Made by a program: the position numbers and the translations under genes. The notes under the pieces were generated by a model. That model was not told the DNA's origin. It ran no database searches and saw only the letters and a program-made list of their open reading frames with translations. Positions 56,859 through 64,000 of a stretch of 64,000 bases of DNA are shown here, in pieces. Numbering within the stretch: position 1 is the first letter of the stretch; each line of letters starts with the position of its first letter. Source of the stretch: Perkinsela sp. CCAP 1560/9 (taxonomy: Eukaryota; Protista; Euglenozoa: Kinetoplastea); NCBI GenBank assembly GCA_965644495.1, contig CBFFSA010000005.1, positions 744,001-808,000 of the forward strand, written 5' to 3'.

Positions 56859-59353
56859 TTAATCAATGTCTTCGATACAAGTTTTCTTTTTCAGACTTTC
56901 CAAGATGCTAATCCCCAGACGGGAGCGTCGAGCAACTCTATTGCGGTGCAACAATTTCCGTTCTGCTACACTGACGTACTGAAGGTTGCGTTCTTGTGGC
57001 GGGCGGCCAACTCGAGCTGCACAAAGGACATAATTTACGCGATTTGGTTCTTGTAATGAATTTTGGGATAATTCTTCGTTGGGTGCTTCTTGGTTCGACG
57101 CATGATCCCGAACTTCCGCCTCTTCATTTACGGTTACTTCTTTCAAATTTTCAACGACGTTTTCATTATCCGATGCCACTACATCCTCATCAAGAATCAA
57201 TGTGTAAGTGCTTTCTTCGCGCCGAACTATGGCATCAAAAACAATGTCGTTAGTATAATCTTCGTTGGCGTACAATGCGCGTAGTTTGCCCGTGATTCCG
57301 AAGGAGCTTCGTATACTTCCTTTTGATAGAGCATCTATAGCGCTCGACAGGAAACGATACTTTTGTGCACGAAGTATGGGCAACGAAGTACTTACAATTC
57401 GAGCCGTAGCTTCTGCAATAGTTGAAGTTGCATCGGAATATACAGTCCAGGTATTGGTTTTCCCCCCAGGCTCCAGAACACACCGTAAGAGCTTTTGACC
57501 TAATTTCTTCGGCATTCGACAGATCTCGAAAAACTAGAGCGTTTCCCACAGTTGCTTTGCCTATCACCCCCCTGGGTCCTAGGTGGGCGTGGTGAAAGTT
57601 GGCAAAATTCAAAAAAAAAAAATTCAGGGGGGGTAAAAACTGAAGAAAATGTGTATAGATTCCTATATATTAATACCTACAATGGTCTCCTTGAACGCTC
57701 CGCACAATTCGCAAGCGTTTAGGAATCGAATTTATACAAATTAAGAATTGGCGTCGATAAGGATGACGCTTAAGCATCATAAAGGCTTTCTTTATCGCCT
57801 TCCGGATCTGTTTTTCAGTCTCTGGTTTCAAATTTTCCTTAACAATTCGGTCAAGGCGCTCTGGGAGTGCACATCGTGACGCTTTATGGGTAATAGGGGG
57901 TATCTTGCTTTTCGGCGAGTTGCACTGGCCTTTAGTATTGGTCTTTAGTAGATTTGACGGGAGTATCCCTCAAATTGATAGAATGAGAAACCATATTCGA
58001 ATAAAAAACTCCCAAATTTTTGGGATATTTGGATTTTTTAGTAAAATCATGCTATTTTTTCGTGTTTTTTATAAATAGTTTTGACCCAGGGGGGGGGGGG
58101 CTAGGCAAACAAACGGTGGTAAACGCTCTAGTTTTTCGAGATCTGTTCAATGCTAAAGGAATTAGGTCAAAAGCTCTTACGGTGTGCTCTGGAGCCTGGG
58201 GGGGAAACCAGTACCTGGACTGTATGCTTTGCACCCAGCCTCGCCATGCGGTACGAGAATGTTTTTTTATATTACTGATAGCGTACTGATTGCACGGCTG
58301 AAATATGTGAGTCATTTTTGGGGGAATAAATTCCACTGAGCACCCGGTATCAGATAGAAGCGTCAAGATTTCTTTGTGTTGTGACGCTTGATCAATTAGC
58401 AATAATGCCGGTAAGGTGGAATCTCCCAGTTTTGTTCGGATTTCTGCTAATACCTCCTTGAAATCCTGAGTCCATTTTTTAAAAGACTCTGCATCTTGAA
58501 AATGCGACGCTGCACGATGATCTTGTATGATGCGCTTGTTATGTTCTTTGTGAGGAACTTTGGCATGCACACCATCCGTCACCCCCTTCCACAAGAAATG
58601 CGCGCGGTGAAGTACACAATCAGCAGATACAAGTATTGTTGATGTAAATCCTAGACGCGTCCCTGCAAGCTGAATTGACTTTCCCTTTGATGCACGTACC
58701 CATGTCCATTCGCGGTTTGTTTCATCAAGCTTACTGAAAAATTCATCCATGTTAAATACGAGTTCTGGGAGAATGTGGGAATATTTTTTTAGCTCATCAT
58801 AAAAGGACAAACCAGCCTTCTTCACTTCAGGAGGGGAAACCGTGCGATCGGATGTAGCGGCTCGGACAGTAAATCCGTTGTCATGCAAGAATCTGCGTGC
58901 CCAAGAGCAGCTTATGACGTAGGGGCCTCCATTCTCAGAAAGAAGTTCAGACCGATCTCTACCCAATATCCCTCGAGCCATGCTTGCAACCAAGGATGCA
59001 TCAACAGGTTTGTTTAACACATTGTACATCTTAATGCCATCTAAAACATCATTCTTTTCTGCATCCGTAAGCATATCTTTTCGGCCACGCTTACCGGAAG
59101 GAGCATGGTCTTTTAAAGCATAGGCACTTCGTTCAGACATTTTCTTACCGTGCGTTTGATTCCAAATCTGCATGCTAGTCAAAACGGAACGACTCTCACA
59201 AAGTGCTTGGAATTCACGTACTTCTTCATCACTCCACGTATTTCTCTTTGCTTTGCGCGATGAGCGTTTAGCCTCAAGTTTCTCCACAAGATCTGCCACA
59301 TGCCGTGATACGCAAAAATTGTTTAAGGCAAGCGTCGACTGCGACGGGGCCAT
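56859..59353 (-). pseudogene. pogo/DDE_1 transposase (570 aa restored) interrupted by a family C MITE
   Basis: SWARRFL HTH, FNMDE, LLIDQASQH, FQPCN; in-frame join WVQSIYSDA. Confidence 0.85.
57443..58222. mobile_element. Family C MITE
   Basis: Same TIRs and TA TSD as 45315-46105. Confidence 0.9.
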
Positions 59354-60139
59354 AGCAGGAAAAAGTAATCAAAAATGAAGAGTTTCTCCACAAAAAAAAA
59401 AAAATTAATTATTGCACTAATTAAATGTGCAATGATTTTTCACCGCAGTAATTATGGATCGGTAATTATGAAAATTTATAATTATATTTATATTTATAAA
59501 AATTAATGAGAGAGGGTAGGTGGAAAGACGTGATATACAACACTAGCTGATAGGATGAACCAATTTGTTTCACTGTAAGGATAGATTGCGGGTAAACGAA
59601 GATGATAATTATGAGATGTTAACGATAAATATTTGCTTACGCACCCATAGAGTAATGAAGGGAGAGCTAAGGTACGAAAGGCAGATCTGCACTTTCTGGA
59701 GAAAATTCTTCCTGTCCCTTCGTCTCCACAAACGTGATTATACGCCGATTTCTACGAATTTCTTCTTGATCAGCGATGCGCTACGGGGAAAAATAAAAGC
59801 CAAGCCCCTTGTCCGAGGTGGGGTCCAAATGTTTCAGGGACATAGAAATAATGTACTTCAGAAAAAGTTGAAAGGGTATGACTCTGAACGAAATCATAAT
59901 TTTTTGCAAAAAAATACCAAAGGTCATTTATAAAAATTAATGAGAGGGGGAGTATGCCGCGCAAGCCATACTGACATGTCCGTTTTATTTTAATGACAGT
60001 AAACGATGGAATGTACAATATTGAATAAAATAGATACAGTAGTAGTAAGACAGGGATTTCCGTTCAGGACACGGTTTTAGGTTAGGAAACGGCAACAAAT
60101 CACGATGACGTGACCTTGGCGGATTTCCTTCCATATTCT

Positions 60140-60658
60140 TTATCCCCATATCTCTGTGGCATCAATCACAGGTTTGTAAATTCCACGACTGCGGATGTTA
60201 TTCTGACGACACCACACCGCACGTTGCTGCTGCACCGTACGGAAGAAGGACCAGTACTCCTCTTCCCTTTTCACACGACGCATTTTTCGCTCCATCACCT
60301 CGGTGCGACGCTCCAGGGCCTGTCGCTCCACCTTCCCCTCGTACTCGGTACGCGCCAGGGAGGCACGAATCGGAAGTGCCCGGGTGTCACGCTGGGGCAA
60401 CTCTTGTTTCACGGTGCGGTGGGTACCGCTCTGGTAGGTCCCGGGCTCTGGACTCGAGGGGATCGGTCCCTCGTAGTCCCTTCCCGTGGCAATGAGGTAG
60501 CGATGCTGAAAATCGCTGACCCAGAAACTGGGGCGACGGTAGTAGGGGTTGAGTGCGTCGCGCATGGCGTGGGCTCCCCATGGGCATCTTGTTGGAACGG
60601 CACCGACGTTTGCGGGCGGAGGACACCCAGGGGATGCCAGGCTTACCATGGGGTCCAA
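60140..60658 (-). CDS. Hypothetical protein
   Basis: 172-aa GC-rich ORF on the gene strand with a charged helical segment and AT/pyrimidine-rich upstream flank. Confidence 0.5.
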   Translation of the reverse strand: MDPMVSLASPGCPPPANVGAVPTRCPWGAHAMRDALNPYYRRPSFWVSDFQHRYLIATGRDYEGPIPSSPEPGTYQSGTHRTVKQELPQRDTRALPIRASLARTEYEGKVERQALERRTEVMERKMRRVKREEEYWSFFRTVQQQRAVWCRQNNIRSRGIYKPVIDATEIWG

Positions 60659-61654
60659 TGTGCCGCGAGGTGTACATTGAGGGTTAGGAAAAATGTAAAG
60701 AAAGGCGGGGGATAAAAAAGAAGGATAAATTTACTGTTAAAGGTTGGGTAAAATATAAAGAACGGAATGGAAATCGTAACGAAAATAAAGAAAACATAAC
60801 GAAAAAGGAGGGCAAATAACCTTCTCGAGATTAGTAACCCGGGATACGATTATTTATTCACATATTTATTTGAATATGCAACAAGTGAAATGTGCAGGAC
60901 AGTATGCAGTTATCCTGTGCCATTCGGTGCTATCCTGTGCCATCCAGAGCGAAGATTTTTGGCACAATGACCACCTATGGCGCTCGTCTTCATGTGGATC
61001 TTGGTACCCGTTTACCAGAAAAGGTAGGGTGGTTCCAAGCACTATACCCCTCCTGCTTATGAGTTCCCCGGTTTTGAGAAAAAGGAGCTCATAAGCGTAC
61101 CAGACCAGAATTCGAGCCATAAAAACGCGAAAAATCGGGCCCACGGCGCGAAGCGTCGCGGGTTCTCCTTGACAATAATACTGGCGCTAAAATGATTATC
61201 CGCTCAGTGAGCGAGTCTGTAGAGCAGCCGGACGTACGGTTGTTGGGATTTTTATGAATTTAGGTTCTGTGCAAAAAAATGATCGCTTCGCGAAAAGTGG
61301 GTACAAAAACATTCGCCTTAGAAAAAGGAACTCATAAGCGCACCAGAATTGGGGGAACTCATAAGCAGTAACAACTATCAGTACAAGTTTGTAGTCGCTC
61401 CATTAAACGCGGTGGTTAACGTTTTTTTATATTACGTTACTTCTCTCCCATAAGTTCAAATGAGTTCATGACTCGAGGATAGTGAGGTGAAGAGAATCAG
61501 AAGAAGCCGTTCTTTCCGTACAATTCTTATCATAAACAATGAAATGGTCTAAGATAGTTTGCTTCAATTCATCATCACTACGACCGCGCCTTTTTCGCAA
61601 GAGAAGATTAGGGTAGCTGGAAGATTGTGCTTACTTACCTCCCCACTCGTGACG

Positions 61655-62377
61655 TCTATGGGGGGGTCCATGGGGGGGGCATACCGCACGATTTTTTTTT
61701 TTTTGAAAAAATTACTTTTTCGAAAAAAACCCGCAGAAGCGGTAGCCGGGGTCTTGGCGCGTATTTTCCACCCCCTTACCCTGGGGTGACCCCCCCGCGC
61801 ATCCGCAGGACGGGTCCGCCAAGTTCGGATTTTTTCTGATTTTTTTTTTGAAAAAAATTCAACTTGGCGAAAAAAATGGCAAAAAAAATGTTTTTTAAAA
61901 ATCGTTTCCCCTATTGTAATTTGATAGTTTGGGACCTATACTAGCTTTCTCGGTAGTTGGTTTCGCCAGATATCCCTTTTTGTAGCCGTGGTATGCCCCT
62001 TAAAATGACCCATTTTTGACCAAAAAAGGTGAAAAAATATTTTTCGGACCCCAAGGGGCCTTTTTGTGTCGAAAGAATGGTATGGCTAGAGTCGCATTCT
62101 CTACCCAATGCGTTCGGTAGGCTTTCATTCATGCCTACAAGTGATTTCCCACACGCAAATGTCGGATTTAGTGCTCTGAGAATACAAATACCCGAAAATG
62201 ACCCTATTTTTACCCGAAATTCGGCTATTTTTGGCTATAATCTTTCTGTTTTCCAGGCCAAATTTTCTTTTTTAGGCTCTTCGTTAAACGCGGCGGTAGT
62301 TTTCAACGCGAAGCGCGCAGCATGAGTGACTTCTAAGTTGAAAATAACCACCGCGTTTAACGAAGAGCCTAAAAAAG
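61655..62377 (-). mobile_element. Family A element, partial
   Basis: Homologous to 29580-30300, including the terminal palindrome. Confidence 0.8.
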
Positions 62378-62871
62378 ATTCAGAAACAATTTCCCAAGTG
62401 GTTTCTTGACATTTCATCTCTTCCGAATGGCGCTTCAAGCATTCGGATGCGACAGTTTCCATGATGTGATTTTGAAGTGAAAAGACTTATTTGGATATTA
62501 CCGTAGACCCCCCCAGTAATAGAATCGATTTTGGGTCAAAATGGCCAAATCCTTATTACTGGGGGGGTATGCTTTTTGGGTGAGAAAAGACATTTTTTGT
62601 ACATGAGTGCGTTGATTTTCAGTCCATCCAACCCCGCAACCACGCCATTCGCTCCCTCGCAACCGCCCTCACCCCGCCCAGCCACCATCACCCGCTCAAA
62701 CACCCCCCCCCCCTCCAACGACCCTCCCGAGCCAAATCTCTGTTACTGGGGGTCAGCCGAAAAAGGGTCAAATCCTTGCCACTGGGGGGGATCTACGGTA
62801 AAGTGCTATTTGGATATTAAAGTGCTATTTGGATATTAAGGCGCATTTGGATATTAAACCGCACCCCGGGT
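62378..62871 (-). mobile_element. Left-end fragment of the 19290-type pogo element with nested MITE 62501-62798
   Basis: Reverse complement of 19290-~19500; MITE TA+CCGTAGA...TCTACGG+TA inserted in a TTGGATATTAAAGTG repeat. Confidence 0.78.
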
Positions 62872-62901
62872 TAGAATACACGTGGAAAATCACATTTCTA
62901 G

Positions 62902-63178
62902 AACCCAGGCTAAAGTGGACGAGGGAGATACTAAAAGCACCTTTGGCAAAATACCACAAACGTAGAACATTATCTCCTGTTAAAGATTCCTTTTTCGCAT
63001 CAGAACGCTTTACAAACCGGGAGATACCGTTCCAGTTTTGTGGTAGTTTGCCAAAGGTGCTTTTTGTATCTCCCTAGTCCATTTTAGCCTGGGTTACATA
63101 GCCATCGGAACATTCTCCCTAGGACTCCTTACAGATTCCCACGCGAGGAAGTCGGCCTTGCGTGTCACACACTTCCTG
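62902..63178 (+). mobile_element. Family B repeat
   Basis: Homologous to 34466-34740 and 14386-14680. Confidence 0.72.
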
Positions 63179-63538
63179 TTGAAGTGTGGCCACCGCAGGT
63201 GTACTAACAGCACATGGGGAAGAAGCATCGAATGAAGCGACAGTGTATACAGGTACAGTAACTAACAAAAGTGTTCAAATGTTTTCACAAATTTTAATGT
63301 TTTTATATTTTACAAAAGAGATGCAGAGGATAATGCAGTAGTATATTACAGTAGTGTAGGCTGGAGTAGTGCTTACATTCCCACGTACTTAGACTTCATC
63401 AACGATCTTACAATAAAAAACTATGAAAGATATAATGCGATCCCAACACTTGAACACTTTTTTCACTTTTTTGAGATTATTTTTTTTTGACCAAAACTTT
63501 GCCTTACTTCACCCTTACCAAACCAAAATGACCAAAAC

Positions 63539-63907
63539 TTAATACTTCGTAAGTCCCCCCTTCGCCCTAATTACTGCCCTTAAACGACGGGGCATGCTGC
63601 GGACAAGAGGAAGACATGCACTCGGAGGAAGGCCTGCCCACGCTTTTTGGGCGCGTTCCCAAAGTTCCAACATTCCTACGGGAGGATCTGAATGATCCGC
63701 AGTCGGCTTTTTGAGCTCGCCCCATAGGTGCTCTATGGGATTTAAATCGGGAGACTGCGGGGGCCAGTCTAGGACACACAATTCTTGTAAACGAAGGAAT
63801 TCCCGGGCCTTCTTACTCGTGTGCTTTGGATCATATCTTGTTGGAAGATGATCCGATCCTTCATGACTTCCAACTTGTGGAGGGAAGGAGACAAATTCGG
63901 GCCCCAA
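63539..63907 (-). pseudogene. Tc1 transposase C-terminal fragment (element end probably at 63256)
   Basis: DPKHTS...LDWPPQSPDLNPIEHLW...AVIRAKGGLTKY; TA+CAGTAACTAACAAAAG downstream. Confidence 0.85.
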
Positions 63908-64000
63908 ACCATTCGGGTTTCCCTTCGGAAGCGTGGTTTGAAGGGAAGAAGAAATTACGGAAACCCCACCTTACGAAGCGTCACAAAGCTCTACGTCTTG

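Larger units (their letters stand above)
52770..59952 (-). mobile_element. 7.2-kb TA-flanked pogo-like composite with nested elements
   Basis: TIR CTCCCCCTCTCATTAATTTTTATAAAT at both ends, TA TSD; extra TIR-like copy ~59491-59518. Confidence 0.7.

Overview
Eukaryotic, intron-less, TE-rich window. All recognisable host genes lie on the minus strand, as in a kinetoplastid-style polycistronic cluster; this lineage is inferred from that layout and from spliced-leader-like motifs, not proven. Host genes: GRWD1/RRB1-like WD40 protein, HMG-box protein, 7-dehydrocholesterol reductase, carbonyl-reductase-like SDR, class I HDAC, GNAT protein, type I DnaJ, two hypothetical proteins, and about 12 copies (intact, pseudogenised or split) of a short LRR family with a conserved N-terminal motif. 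Intergenic space is packed with nested DNA transposons: TA-targeting pogo/Tc1 families and MITEs, an hAT-like element with a 6-bp TSD, and foldback-like and hairpin-ended repeats. There is also a CRE/SLACS-like non-LTR remnant. Main observations: (1) three elements begin exactly at a spliced-leader exon 3'-end-like motif; two are homologous structured non-coding elements and one is the antisense end of the CRE-like element; (2) a TA-flanked transposon carries a Ulp1-like protease and splits a host ORF that rejoins in frame; (3) an A/T-tract plus GCGAAGC mini-hairpin is shared by TE families with different TIRs. All alignments were done by eye.
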